From: Eledone cirrhosa
Taxonomy: Eukaryota
Direction of reading: 5' to 3'
NCBI GenBank assembly: GCA_964016885.1
Contig: OZ024742.1
Coordinates: forward strand, 12,214,001 to 12,278,000
Length of the DNA stretch: 64,000 bases
Part shown: positions 12,765 through 25,820 of the stretch, piece by piece
Numbering within the stretch: the first letter of the stretch is position 1
Layout: each line of letters begins with the position of its first letter
The notes under the pieces: generated by a model
Told to the model about the DNA's origin: nothing
Database searches by the model: none
Seen by the model: only the letters and a program-made list of their open reading frames with translations
Program-made: the position numbers and the translations under genes

Positions 12765-12890
12765 ATCGCTACCGCCGCTATTCTCTCCCACTACCTCCTG
12801 CTAGATAGTACTAGCACAGCAGCACCACCACCACCACCACTGCCTCATTATCACTACCGCCGCTATTCTCTCCCACTACCTCCTGCTACA
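12765..12890. repeat. Short direct duplication in ACC-rich low-complexity DNA
   Basis: CCACCACTGCCTCATTATC.CTACCGCCGCTATTCTCTCCCACTACCTCCTGCTA occurs twice. Confidence 0.7.
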
Positions 12891-13194
12891 TCGTAGTGTC
12901 CCCTCTAAAAGAGGAAGGCATAAAAATATATAAATAGACTGAATTGATGACCCGGTCAAAATCAAAAAACCAAAATCAAAATGAAAGCAGTACAGCAACA
13001 ACGAAAAACGTAAAGAAAAGAAAAATGAAGAGAAGAACAAACAGACGGACAGAGAATGGAAGGGAAAAACTAAGTCAGACATTCAAACATTACATTACAA
13101 TGAAACTTATGCTTATTCATTTTTTTTGGGGGGGGGTTTGCCTGTTTGTTTGTTTGTTTAATTATGTTCGTCTACCGCGTGATAATGCCACACA

Positions 13195-13253
13195 AAAATC
13201 ACCGGGAGTGACGAAATCACCGGAGGTGATGAAATCACCGGTAGTTATGTAAC
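13195..13253. repeat. Three 18-bp-spaced AAATCACCGG repeats; possibly the subterminal repeat of a DNA transposon end
   Basis: AAATCACCGG x3 followed by TAGTTATGTAAC, immediately before the R4-like element. Confidence 0.45.
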
Positions 13254-13254
13254 C

Positions 13255-15772
13255 ATACATTCGCCAATCCTCGATAAGAGTGTTTAAATGTCGAACCTAA
13301 ACAGTTCGAATAACGGTGAAGTGGAGACTAGAATGTCATGTGACAGACTCTCACCCAACAGGTGATCCCTGGCTCAGCAGCAGGGACCTGGCTGTCAACC
13401 AAATACTGCTGGTGTCGGAGGAAGAAGAAGAAGGAAAGGGACCAGAACCAACTGGACGAAAGAATTGAATAGAACTGTTATGCAATGTTACCTGAAGAGT
13501 AACCCCAAGGAGAAAAGCTATAGGAAACGGATGCATAACATCTGGAACGAGATTGGTCTATTTAAATTAGATGAACAAAAATTGGCCGGGCAGGCTCGGG
13601 TAATAAGAACTAATGGGTGGATAAGCGAGCTGGAACTGGAGGAACTGAGCAGAGAGATTAGCTTGGAAATGGAGAGTGGGGTATTCCAGGCAAACGAGCC
13701 AGTCGAAAATGAAGGTGAAGAGGTCGAGAGAACGGATGAACCATCCGAAGTAGACAATGATCTGAATGTGGAACAGAGATACGGCCACTGAGGAGATGAA
13801 TGCTGACGGGTTAGGACAAGATTTGGTTGATATCCTAAACTTAGTGGTAGATGAATTGACCAATGATAGTGGGAAACCTATGAACCTAAGATTTGTAGAC
13901 AGGAAAAAGTTAAAAGAAACAACAGCTAAGGTAAACAAAGTCATCCCATACCTTGAGGCGAGGAGCCTTCACCAGTTCAACAATATCCTCAAAGCAACAG
14001 CAAATGCGGTGAGGAAATTACTTGGTATAAAAGCGAGAGGGAACAACAAACAAGAAAGATCAGAGCCTTGGTGGAAGAAACGGCTGAGTGGTCAAATCAG
14101 GGAAATGAGAAATGACATTGGAAAGCTTGAGTCCCTACTGAATGGGACACTAAAAAACATAGACACTAAAAATAGACTGGAAATAAAGTACAAAACTAGG
14201 TGGAAAAAGCTAAATATTATCAGAGGAACTGAAGCAACGCATTGTAGCAAAGAGTGCAAAAATTAGGCGATACGAGAGAAGAGTCAGTCAGTATAGGCAG
14301 AACCGCAAGTTTGACAACAACCAAAAGATGTTGTTTGAACAGCTTGAAGGGAAAGAAAGAGGCAACGACTTGATCCCTGAGGCGGAACAAACTAAGATAT
14401 TCTGGAGAGGAATATGGGAGCAGGATGTTAAACATAATGACCAGGCAGTGTGGATTGAGACAGTACAGAAGGAGATTAGTGAACAGGCACACCAACAAAC
14501 TGATTTGAGTATCACAGTTGAAACTCTTACGGGGCAGGCCAAAAAACTAACCAACTGGAAATCACCAGGCCCAGATGGTGTGCGGGGGTATTGGATTAAA
14601 AATATAACATCCCTACACCCGAAACTGACAACCATGTTCAATGACTGCTTGATGTCAGGTGAGGTACCAGAGTGGTTGACAAAAGGTACCACAGTTCTGA
14701 TAATGAAAGACCGAATCAAGGGTTATGATGCTACCAACTATAGACCTATCACATGTCTGTCCGTAATGTGGAAACTGTTGACAAGCATTATGTAAGAGGA
14801 AATCTACCATCACCTCCACACAAACAACTTGTTACCGGACGAACAGAAAGGATGCCGAAAGAAGTCCCGTGGTACAAAGGACCAGTTACTTATTGATAAG
14901 ATGGTAATGAGGAATTGCAAGAGGAGACACACTGGTCTTGCCATGGGATGGATAGACTACAAAAAGGCATTTGACATGGTGCCGCATTCTTGGATACCAA
15001 AACCCTATAGATCTTCAAGGTGGCAGATAACATCAGACAGTTGTTGGGCAAAAGCATTAAGTCCTGGGAAACAGAGTTAACATCAGCTGGAGAATCCTTG
15101 GGACGCGTGAAGATCAAGAGAGGTATCTTCCATGGAGATAGTTTGTCCCCTCTGTTGTTTGTCCTTGCCCTGATGCCCCTGACCATTATACTGCGAAAAG
15201 TGAGAGCAGGATACAAGTTGGGAGAGGGAGAGCTTACCATCAATCACTTCCTCTTCATGGACGATCTTAAGCTCTTCGGGAAGAGTGAGGAGTTGGATGT
15301 GCTTGTTGACACTGTCCGTATTTTCAGCAATGATATATGTATGCAATTTGGTATTAGTAAGTGTGGAGTCCTTGTGATGAAGAGGGGTAAATTTAGCAGA
15401 AGTAACGGAATCCAGGTACCAACAGGTGAGATGATAAAGGAAATTGACACTGAAGAAGGATACAAGTATTTGGGTGTTCTGGAGGCTGATGACATGAAGA
15501 ACAAAAGAATGAAGGAATTGATCAGATCTGAATACATTCGGAGAGTAAGGAGCGTATTAAATTCACATCTGAACAGAAGGAATGCCATAACTTTTGTAAA
15601 TTCCCGAGCTGTGTCTATTATTAGGTACAGTGCGGGAATTCTGAGATGGAATGTTGCTGAACAAAAAGAAATGGATAGGAAGACTAGGAAGCTATTGACT
15701 ATCTAGAACATGTTCCACAAGAAGAGTGATGTCGATAGACTCTACTTAAGGAGATCCGAAGGTGGAAGAGGT
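13255..15772 (+). mobile_element. R4/Dong-clade non-LTR retrotransposon; degenerate, 3' (endonuclease) part missing
   Basis: Motifs [87 protein letters not shown] and YKYLG across frameshifted ORFs 13465-15706. Confidence 0.85.
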
Positions 15773-15852
15773 GAAAAAATACTATCCAGGAAAAACCTGA
15801 ACCGTTTAGGTATTTTTTCTTGGTTATGTCAAAATTTATAAAACAAACTTTG

Positions 15853-15913
15853 TATTTTATCTGATGAGTGCGTACCAAAGTTTTGGTACCATTGAAATAT
15901 ATATAATAGAATA
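15853..15913 (+). ncRNA. Type I minimal hammerhead ribozyme motif (PLE pLTR-type remnant)
   Basis: Stem I TATTTTAT/ATAGAATA; CTGATGA at 15861; stem II GTACC..GGTAC; GAAA-T-ATAT-A-TA (palindromic stem III, AUA cleavage triplet). Confidence 0.75.
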
Positions 15914-16184
15914 AATATGGTTTTATAAATATAGTTTCCATTTATTTAATATCATTGAATATTATACTCCAGAAAACTTGTCGAATGCTCTAAATCAGTT
16001 ATAAACATTTATATTTGTTGAATTACCAACAAATTGAATACCACTTTTGCTTATATATATATAATTGGTGTTGGATGCTTAAAGCGTCCGTATACGGTAC
16101 GCCGTTTTTGCACTCGTATCTCTCGCAGAGCAGAGTATGATATCACAAAAAAAAAGATTTGGAAAATCTGCTTCGTAGAATCAA

Positions 16185-16279
16185 GACGTATCTGAGGACC
16201 TTGCGATTTCAGAGTCAGGTTTTATCACCAGATCGATTGTGCCTCGAGCTGGTCGACAGAGAAACGATTGTAATATGTC
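16185..16279 (+). ncRNA. Type I hammerhead-like motif with long, imperfect stem II
   Basis: Stem I GACGTAT/ATATGTC; CTGAGGA at 16192; ~60-nt stem II region; GAAAC-GATT-GTA; followed by AATAAA and (TA)n. Confidence 0.55.
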
Positions 16280-16321
16280 CAATAAATTCCATTCGTCGCA
16301 ACACTGATTCACTTTTTTGTT

Positions 16322-16404
<83 letters not shown>

Positions 16405-16408
<4 letters not shown>

Positions 16409-18997
16409 TAAAATAACAGATTAAAGTTTAAACTGCTTTCACCCTCTTTGGATTTTGTCTTCAAATTTATTATTATTACTATTTGGCTCCATCGGTTGAG
16501 CACTCTACTGACTTATATTCATCATACAGAAACAACATCTGAATATTTCTACAAAGAACATACCCGTACCAAGCAGGAAAACATATCTAAAACTCCTGAT
16601 ACAGAAAACAGACGTGTTCATTAAAAGGTTACGTTGGCGTGCCTTTTATTTCGATAATCCGCGAAAAGCAGACAACAAACAGGATAAATTTAGATTTAAA
16701 ACATATAATAACCCCCCGTGTAACCCAGCATTGCTACCCTTTGAAAATGATGTCGTGGAACTCATTCGGAGTATCAAATTTCGGAATAGGAGTAATTCCT
16801 TCCAGCAAGACCTGAAGAATAGAATTCGTTCTATTAAGGATTCTAATGCCGTGCACGTCCATTCCGACAAAACTGGCAACCTATATCAAGTGGAGCGCAG
16901 TACTTACCATCAACTACTACATAATGCTGTAACTAATGATTACCGTAAAACTAATCGGAGTGTCATCAATGAACTCAACGATGCTGGGTTTAAAATCACC
17001 TCTCATCTCAACATCCTGGACCGGACTGAACCTCTGGACTCTATTTCTCCCCCACTTTACCCTGAAGGATCACAAATCCAATTGTCCGAACAACCCCTCT
17101 ATTCGGCTTATTAACCCTACGAAGTCCGATTTAGGTAGACTTAGTAAAACGATTCTTGATAGAATTATACCTGAAATTAGAACTTTGGCCCCTCTTGCAC
17201 TGTGGAACAATTCTTTCGCGGTGAATTATTGGTTGAACGGCATATGTAACAAGGAACATTGCCGTTTTATCCAATTCGACATCAACAATTACTACTCCTC
17301 CACCACTTTACCACTTCTCCTTAGAGCTATCAATTTCGCTAAAACACTCACAGTGCTTAAGGATTTCGAAGTTGATGTCATTCTCAATGCCCGAAAGTCG
17401 GTGATTAATTTCGACGACTCTATTTGGATTAAAAAATCCAATAGTATCCCATTCGACGTGTGTATGGGCGCCAGTGATTATGCGGAGGTTACTGATCTTA
17501 TCGGCCTTTTCCTTCTTTTCTCTATCAAGGACGAATTCCCCAGCGCGGGCGGTGGTTTGTACCGTGACGATGGTCTTTTGACCATGACTAAGTGCGGACC
17601 TCGTGCTTGCCACAGGTTCAGAAAAGAACTCACAGCCTTCTTTAAAGGCTTCAACCTCTCTATACTTGTTGAGGCCAATCTCTCGGTCGTTAATTACCTC
17701 GACGTTACCCTCAATTTATTGAATGGGTTGTATTACCCGTATAGAAAGCGAATGATACGCTTAATTACATAAGTAAGCATTCCAACCATCCTGCCAGCAT
17801 AACCAAGAACCTGGTAAGAAACGTTTCGTTGAGGCTTTTCCGTCTTTCCACCAACGAGCGTATATTCAACGACCATTCCACTTATTACAATGAAGCTCTT
17901 GCTCGAAGTGGATTTGTCGATAAGGTAGCATATACAGAGTACGAAAATAGACCTAGAAGAAATAGATCGCATTTGTTGATCGCATTTGTTGGTATAACCC
18001 ACCACATTATATGGAGGTGGCCACATCATTAGCTAAGATCTTTCTTTCCCTTATTACGAAGCATTTTCCCCCTACACATAAGTATAGTAACATTTTTAAT
18101 AGAAATACTATTAAAATGTCTTACTCTACGACTCCTATCCTTGCACATAACATCACAGCTTCAAATTTAGCTAAACTACCTGGCCGTAGGAACACGTGCA
18201 ACCCTGTAGTTAGTACTAACTGTAATTGTAGGAATCGGGTTGATTGCCCCCTATCCGGGAAATGCCTCTCTAGTAACATTGTCTACAAATGTAAGGTTGA
18301 AACACCCACGTCCCGTAGGGCCTACATAGGGTTAACCGCAAATAGATTCAAGCAGCGTTTTTACATGCATACCCATTCTTTTTGTTACCCTCTAAGAAGG
18401 AATATGACGTCACATTCAGCTTATATCTGGAGTCTAAAAGACAACCACACCCAATATAAGTTACACTGGCAGATCCTAGCTAGGGCTAGATCGTATAGAG
18501 GAAATAAAAGACCATGTGACCTCTGCGCCGCTGAGGCCCTGGAAATACTCTACGCCACAGACCACATCTTAAACAAAAAATCTGAGGCAATTTCGGCTTG
18601 TAAACATAAATTGCACAAAACTTTCCTGTATTACAGCCCCACGTTATACCCTAACGGATAGTACGATTTATACGTGCATATTTTACGTCTTGATGTGGTA
18701 GCTAAGTATGTTTTGTTTATACCATTACTTATTTGCATGGCGAAAGTTTCCACGAACCAAAGTATCGTCTTCCTGTCTTCCTCCGGTCGCAACGTTTTTT
18801 GAAGTATCCACTTCTGCGTTTACAGATTGACTTTGTTAGTTTCAGAAGATCCCGTTAAGGGTTATAGCAGCGATTCTTTGCTTAAACTTTAATCTGTTAT
18901 TTTAATAAATATTTGCTCAACGGTTCTTATATATTTGATATGTATTTATCCTTATCGAGCCCTCTTTGGATTTTAGTCTTCAAATTTATTATTATTA

Positions 18998-19000
<3 letters not shown>
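16405..19000 (+). mobile_element. Penelope-like element copy P1 (Naiad-like RT + C-terminal GIY-YIG) inserted in (TA)n
   Basis: Short inverted pLTR piece at the 5' end, pLTR at the 3' end. ORF motifs FIKRLRWRAF, TLKDHK..RLINPTKS, FDI..YY, LYRDDGL, NYLDVT, CNCR..CPLSGKC..IVYKC..YIGLT..FKQR and CDLC. Confidence 0.9.
16524..18661 (+). pseudogene. PLE P1 RT/GIY-YIG polyprotein, frameshifted
   Basis: ORFs 16614-17114, 16936-17772, 17829-18032 and 18011-18661. The start codon is ATA where P2 has ATG. Confidence 0.88.
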
Positions 19001-19068
<68 letters not shown>

Positions 19069-19113
19069 ATTTATATATATATATATTTATTATATATATA
19101 TATTTATTATTAT

Positions 19114-19157
<44 letters not shown>

Positions 19158-19240
19158 TATATGATTATCCATATATACTTGCTGCACCAACATTAAGTCT
19201 ACTATTTCTAGAGTTATATATATATATATATATATATATA

Positions 19241-19435
19241 GGAAACAGTATGACCCCGACGGCAGAGCTCAAGCCGTTTCGACGGCTATTTCTGGACTAG
19301 TTCAGAAATAGCCGTCGAAACGGCTTGAGCTCTGCCGTCGGCGTCATACTTTTTCCTATTTCACACTCTACTACCCTAAGTACTGAGTACTCTGGTGCGT
19401 TATGGTCCATCTGGTTCCTTACCACAATTCATTTG

Positions 19436-19440
<5 letters not shown>
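19241..19440. repeat. Near-perfect ~115 bp foldback plus pLTR-like tail in (TA)n (PLE terminal remnant)
   Basis: CGACGGCAGAGCTCAAGCCGTTTCGACGGCTATTTCTG..CAGAAATAGCCGTCGAAACGGCTTGAGCTCTGCCGTCG. The same family recurs at 23311-23410 and, inverted, at 23682-23880. Confidence 0.75.
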
Positions 19441-19479
<39 letters not shown>

Positions 19480-19481
<2 letters not shown>

Positions 19482-20519
19482 TACCATTAAAGCCCTGCGT
19501 TGCTCGGGGTCAGTAAGTTACCAAAGTTAGGTTGACCACCCATTTTATGGCAGCACTTTTTTGTCTGCCAGGCACTGGGTGAATGAATTGCAGACCTGGA
19601 CTGCCGAAGCAGGAGCTGCGCCAGCAGTGACAATTGTAGTTTCGCCTATGGATATTATCTCTGTGCAAAGAAGTGTTGAAATTTATTGTTTCACAGTATT
19701 TGCGCAACACGCGCGTAGACGATGCCAGCCGAACAACAGAGCTGCGATGGAGTTGTTCTGCATGGTTGTCTAATGTGTGTTTTCTAAATTTAAGGCAGTA
19801 GGGAGGAGTGTGATATGGGGGAGAGTTAGCTGCTGTTTCTAGCAGGTTTAGTGATCTCATAGAGGATATGTGTTTTCTAAATTTAAGACAGTAGGGAGGG
19901 GTGTGATATGGAGGAGAGTTAGCTGCTGTGTCTAGCAGGTTTAGTGACCTCATAGAGTTTATTATTGTGTATAGTAAATAAACTGATACTTCTTTCTTCC
20001 ACGTTCGTTAAGAGATGTTTTTAAAAAATGTATCTCTATTTTTTTTGTTGTTGAATAAATTTATCTGTTGCTTTTGAATAATTGTTGTTTGGTATGAAAT
20101 GTAATAAGTTCTCTTCGTTGTCATTGAAGTAAATAAATGTTTGACCGTTCCACACTCAAAAACAAACGTTCTCTCTCTCTCTCACTCTCTTCTCTCTCTC
20201 TCTCTCCTTCATTTCTTTCTCTCTTCTTTCTTCCGAGTTCCTAAAGGAAGTTTGTAATAAGGGGGTTTAAGCGTATATAAGAGAAAGTTGCAGCATGTAT
20301 GTAGTTTTATCGAATTTTAAGGGGAGTAGAGAGAGGATATCAGATAGTATTAGAGGTGTAAAGCGTCATGTATTTAGTTTTATCGATTATTTCAGTAATT
20401 GAGGATGAGTTGGACAAAAATAAATAAAGTCTTTGAGCTAAGTTAGACCATTTACAACATTCATACAGAGTTTGAGTCAAATCGGTTTGAAATTGTGCAA
20501 ATGTATAAAAATAGAACAT

Positions 20520-20557
<38 letters not shown>

Positions 20558-20595
20558 AAGAACAACAACAACAGCAATCTGCCTTTTATAGATAA

Positions 20596-20600
<5 letters not shown>
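19480..20600 (+). mobile_element. Non-autonomous Helitron/HINE-like element with an internal 96-bp tandem duplication
   Basis: Starts ACTA..GCCCTGCGTTGCTCGGG; ends AAATCGGTT..(CA)n..CTGCCTTTTATAGATAATGAT; inserted in (TA)n; 19773-19958 is duplicated. Family assignment is by terminal-motif resemblance only. Confidence 0.5.
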
Positions 20601-20655
<55 letters not shown>

Positions 20656-20661
<6 letters not shown>

Positions 20662-20791
20662 ATGAAATAAAGATGGTTATAATAGTTCCATATATTTTAT
20701 TATACGTATTTCGAATACAAAATCAGCCTGCGACAGATGTGTTCTCCTAAAATATATGAAACTATTATAACAATCTTTATTTCATCTTTAT
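20656..20791. repeat. Foldback PLE terminal remnant containing the 3' half of a hammerhead on the - strand
   Basis: ~42-bp inverted arms. The - strand reads GAGAACACA..TGTATTC GAAAT-ACGT-ATA ATAAAATA, the same family as the motifs at 15853 and 57761. Confidence 0.65.
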
Positions 20792-20874
20792 TATATATAC
20801 TCCAGTTCTACCAACTGTTGAGTCCTACATATCTGATATATGCATAGTTTTATTGTTCTACAATATTACTCACC

Positions 20875-20930
<56 letters not shown>

Positions 20931-22089
20931 TATAGTATATAACTCGTACACAGATTATTTCTAATTTTCATTGAAAGTATTTGTAAAAGAATTAGCAGAC
21001 ATTCGGTTACGGTATATATGTTTTTCTGTGTTCAGTGAAATATGATATGACTTTTGCTAAACTTTTAATTAATTTAACAATTCCATTTTGTTTTTTCGAT
21101 ATATTTTCATTCTATAACGCTATTCAATTTTCTAAATAACATTGATATCTCTTATATGTTTCTTTTATACAAAATGTCGGGTCTCGATTTTTTCTTTTTT
21201 AATTTCATTTTAACAAGATTATTATTTAATCTCTTGTCTGAGATATTTGGCTTCTAATCTGTTACTGATAACCATCTGCGTCATTTCAATCTTGTTTCAT
21301 TACTTGGAATATTTAAAATATAGCTTCCATAAATAACGAAAAACTATATTGAAGGTAATCGCATTTCATATAGTAGACAACGATTTATTTCCCCCAAATA
21401 CACTATTAGAACAAATATAGTCACTCAAATATTGATTATAAAACAGTTCACTGTGCTACCAAGATGAAGACCAATTACAAACAACACCCTATAAATGCCG
21501 CCGAGGTTAGTTTTACCTTTCATCTCTTCAGGGTCGATAAAATATCAGTCATGTTGGCCTTGTGCCTAAAACAAAACCGTTATTTGAGTAAGATTCAGCT
21601 GTTATTACTTGCAGATCATATGGGCCGTATAAGCGCGTTTAATCAAAATGTTAGTCCCATGTCATGATCTATAATCCATGATCCCCTTTATGATATATGT
21701 TCCATGATCTCGTCTTAAAATATATGATCTACGATCTCGTCATAAATCGATATTTTATTTCGATCCATGAAACAACAGGCATTTCTTTCTTAAATTGAAT
21801 TACATTCCAAAGTCTGTATTTCTAACATTTCCAAATTTTCTTCAATATCGGTGCTATAAATGCATAATTACATTGAATATAATTAAGGTTAAGCTTGAGA
21901 AATTGAAGGTTTGTTGGGGGAAAGATGAGTGCAATTTATCTTGAAGAGTGAAGGAGTTTCGAACATGTCAAGTACAGGTACCGTTGATGAGGGAAAGTAG
22001 GTATTACAGGTGAAATAGAGAGCAGGAGTTTAATTGGCTTCCATTGAAAGGTATACAGAATCAGACATTTCTGAGATGAGACATAAAAT

Positions 22090-22358
<269 letters not shown>

Positions 22359-22850
22359 AAGTAGTCGCTGAAAAGGTTTTAGGTGTGAAGTTTTCTGTTA
22401 ACATACTCTGTAAAATCTGAAATGTTTTCCATGATGTGAATGGGTGTAATCTTATCGTTATAGGTAAAATTTTGAAATGTGGAAGAAAGCAATGATTAAA
22501 AGTATTCCAAAATACGGTAAATAGATCAACAAGGGAACAATCTGATTGGAGGAGTTATTTAAAATCGATATGATTAGGATTTTAAATCAATATGAGAGGG
22601 ACAAGAACGCATTTTGAAGATTCCGATGAAGGTTATTTTCAAAATCTGATCCATAATAGATGTGGAATTGTCGCTAATAACCAAAAATGATAGCAAACCG
22701 ATTGAGACATTATATACAATAAAATATTATATTAGGCGATACTTCCAGTTAATATAACTGTAATTCCTTAATCCTAGTTTTGTCTTGGGGGGGGGGATAG
22801 AAACTGTGGTGATTATATGATAAAAATAGAGATATGTTGAGTGAGAGAGA

Positions 22851-22881
<31 letters not shown>

Positions 22882-23068
22882 CAGGGTGGAAAAGGGAAAG
22901 GGTATATAAGACATTTTCACAGAAAGTTAAGTAGATTACAAAACTTAAGGGATGAACATACAAGTTGTGTATTTTCTTTAAACGGGGGAGATTAGGATTC
23001 AGTTGTAAGAAAAGATTATTGACGAAGACAAAACATTGAAAGGTCATGCAAACCGATGTGAAATCAAC

Positions 23069-23260
23069 AATAATAATTGTTTCTACTTTTGGCACAAGGC
23101 CAGTAATTATCCAGTGCATTACTGGTACTTTATTTTATCGACCCCGTAAGGATGAAAGGCAAAGTTAACCTCGGCGGGATTTGAACTCAGAATGGCAAGG
23201 GCCGTAACTATGCGTCAAAGCATGGCGTCCGACTCTCTACCGATACTGCCAAATTCTCCC
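23069..23260 (-). mobile_element. tRNA-derived SINE, near full length
   Basis: A box, B box (GAGTTCAAATCC), core and tail on the - strand. Confidence 0.88.
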
Positions 23261-23407
23261 AACAGTAATAATACGCCACGTTTATGTATGTATGTATATA
23301 TATACATACATCGGGGTCATACTTTTTCCTATTCTCACTCTACTACCTTAAGTATTGAGTACTCTGGTGCGTTATGGTCCATCTGGTTCCTTACCACAAT
23401 TCCTTTG

Positions 23408-23527
<120 letters not shown>

Positions 23528-23681
23528 TCTGGATTTGCAACTGACAGATAGTATTAGCAATTGGAAAGACCAATGGAAACATTGTTTCCTCGGTCCGATT
23601 TGACGAGCTCCACCTCACTCGTTAAGAGAATGACGTCTGGGATCTTGTCACTCGACTTCCGATATATATATATATATATAT

Positions 23682-24230
23682 AACGAAGGAAGTGTGGTTA
23701 GGAAGCAGATGGACCATAACGCACCAGAGTACTCAAAACTTAGGGTTGTAGAGTGGGTAATAGGAAAATGTTTAACCCCGACGGCAGAGCTCAAGCCGTT
23801 TCGACGGCTATTTCTGGACTAAATTAGAATTTTCAGCGTGGTAATTAAATAGCCGAACTTTTCAAGGGGTAATTCCTTATATGGGAAAATTGTAGTTGTC
23901 ACAAGGATTGGTCAAAATTTCTTGTAAACACCATTAAATATTTCATGGCCGTGGGTGGGATGTAGGGGTGGCTGGACTTGCTTGTAGAACAATGAGGGAG
24001 TGGGTGGAGCAGGTCAAGCGTTGAAAGTGAATTCTATACAGCAAATTCTAAGGAGTGTGTAGGGCATTTGGCTAGATAGGAAGCAGGCGAAAAAGGATTC
24101 TGGAGAAAATAGAGGGGACGTTATAGAATAGGTTAATAAAATGAGATTAGAAGATAATAAATAAATAAAAAAATATGTAAAATTATAAAATTGGAGAGTA
24201 AAAAGTAATTTTAAAAAATCTCTAGAGTCT
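23682..24230 (-). mobile_element. PLE 3'UTR/pLTR fragment with a decayed hammerhead-like motif
   Basis: Inverted copy of the 19340-19440 family. The - strand reads TTGAAAA..CGGCTATTT/AAATAGCCG..GAAAC (core decayed). Confidence 0.5.
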
Positions 24231-24286
24231 AAAACAGCTGCTATATTTAGTTGGTATTGCGTTTTCGGCCAATGTTATAGACTAGG

Positions 24287-24610
24287 TGTAACTGCCCTGA
24301 TAGATCTACGTGCCCCCTTAACAACAGATGCCGAGAACGTAGCGTAATCTACCAATGCAACGTGAGAACGGAAACCTCCAACAAAGCCTATATAGGATTA
24401 ACCGCTTGTGACTTTAAGACCTGGCTCTACCAACACCGACATACGTTCCGAAACCCGGCTCGGCGACATCTGGGACCTCCAAGATAATAACATAACATAC
24501 AATCTTACTTGGAGCTTACTGTCCAGGGCTAACTCCTACACGGGAGGACGCCGTCCGTGTAACTTATGCTCGGAGGAAACATTACAAATGCTGGTGTTTA
24601 CAAGAAATTT
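24287..24610 (+). pseudogene. PLE GIY-YIG endonuclease fragment
   Basis: Translates CNCPDRSTCPLNNRCRERSVIYQCNV..KAYIGLTACDFK..HTFRN, then IWDLQDNNITYNLTWSLLSRANSY..RPCNLCSEE, homologous to the P1/P2 C-terminus. Confidence 0.85.
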
Positions 24611-24666
24611 TGATTAATCCTTTTGACAACTACAATCTACCCAAATAAGGAATACCCTAACTACCA

Positions 24667-24860
24667 GGGCGGTGGATTGGCAGTATTGGTAGAGGGTCAG
24701 ACGCCATGCTTTACAGTAAAGAGTTACGGCCCTTTATATTCTGAGTTCAAATCCCGCTGAGGTTAACTTTGCCTTTCATCCTTACGGGGTCGATAAAATA
24801 AAGTACCAGTAATACACTGGGATAAATGCTGGTCTTGTGCCAAAAGTAGAAACAATTATT
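24667..24860 (+). mobile_element. tRNA-derived SINE, full length (reference copy); central domain resembles the conserved Meta-SINE type
   Basis: A box TGGCAGTATTGG, B box GAGTTCAAATCC, core GCCTTTCATCCTTACGGGGTCGATAAAATAAAGTACCAG, tail GTCTTGTGCCAAAAGTAGAAACAATTATT. Confidence 0.9.
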
Positions 24861-25464
24861 GACAGCACTGGTCCACTACTACTGAAAGAATAGGAGAGTT
24901 AGGTGAGGTTAATATATGGCTAAGAAAGAAGTATTTGTATATTTAGGTTTTCTATTTTAATGTCGAACGAATGCGCCACAGAGATCCTTTTATTTCGTGT
25001 TGGAAGAAAAATTCCTTTAATTCCTGCAAACTGTTCAAAGATTTATACAGTTGATCAGTATTGATTTTTTTTTTTCAAGTTGAAAGCTAGTAAAATAAAT
25101 AACAGTCCGGTTTTTCTTCTTTACTAGTTTCTTTTAACTGCGCTGAAAAATTGATTTTTCACGTAGAGACATAGCCCTAACTTTAGGGGATAATAGAGTT
25201 GATTAAATCGATCCACGACTTGGTTGTTTTATAGTTATCCAGCACGGGAAAATATAAAAAAAATTCCGGCAAGGGATGGATTTGAAATTAGATTCTAAGG
25301 AATTAGGTGTGGCATTTTATAGATCCTGTCAGCCACTGACATAAATAGAAGTAACTTTACTGAACCAACAGAGAAATCTCAAGGCGGTTACTAAAACAAA
25401 TACACTAAAACAAATATACTAAAACAAATATACTAAACCAAGTATACTAACCCCAAAACAACCT

Positions 25465-25655
25465 TGTAGTGTCTTCAATAAAACAAGGTCAAATTAGGTA
25501 AAGCAGTCGTAAATATTCACCAAATATACTACATATTACCATGTAGTGTCTTATATAAGAGAAGGTCACATTAGATAAAGTAGTCTTAAATACAAACCAA
25601 ATATAGTACATATAACCCAGTAGTCTATTATATAAGAGAAGGTCACATTAGATAA
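25465..25655. repeat. ~78-bp tandem repeat, about 2.5 copies
   Basis: GTAGT..AAGGTCAcATTAGaTAA recurs three times. Confidence 0.7.
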
Positions 25656-25820
25656 GTGGGAAGGGGAGTCGATTACATCGACCCGGTACTTGACTGATAC
25701 TTTGTTTTGTTCACCCCGAAAAGGTGAAAGTCAAAGTTGACCCCAGTTTGATTTGAATTCAGAACGTAAAGAGTCGTATGCCACCAAACATTTATTCGAC
25801 GCTCCAACGGCTCTTCCAAT
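25655..25820 (-). mobile_element. Older, diverged SINE copy
   Basis: GTCGATTACATCGAC..GTACTT..CCCCGAAAAGGTGAAAG..GATTTGAATTCAGAACGTAAAG. Confidence 0.7.

Noticed and set aside
18200-18661. Selenocysteine recoding, as reported for some Naiad PLEs
   Set aside because: The conserved Cys positions in P1, P2 and the 24287 fragment are ordinary Cys codons; no in-frame TGA was seen at them.
24667-24760. tRNA gene
   Set aside because: A and B boxes are present but there is no cloverleaf, and the sequence continues into the SINE core; it is a SINE head.
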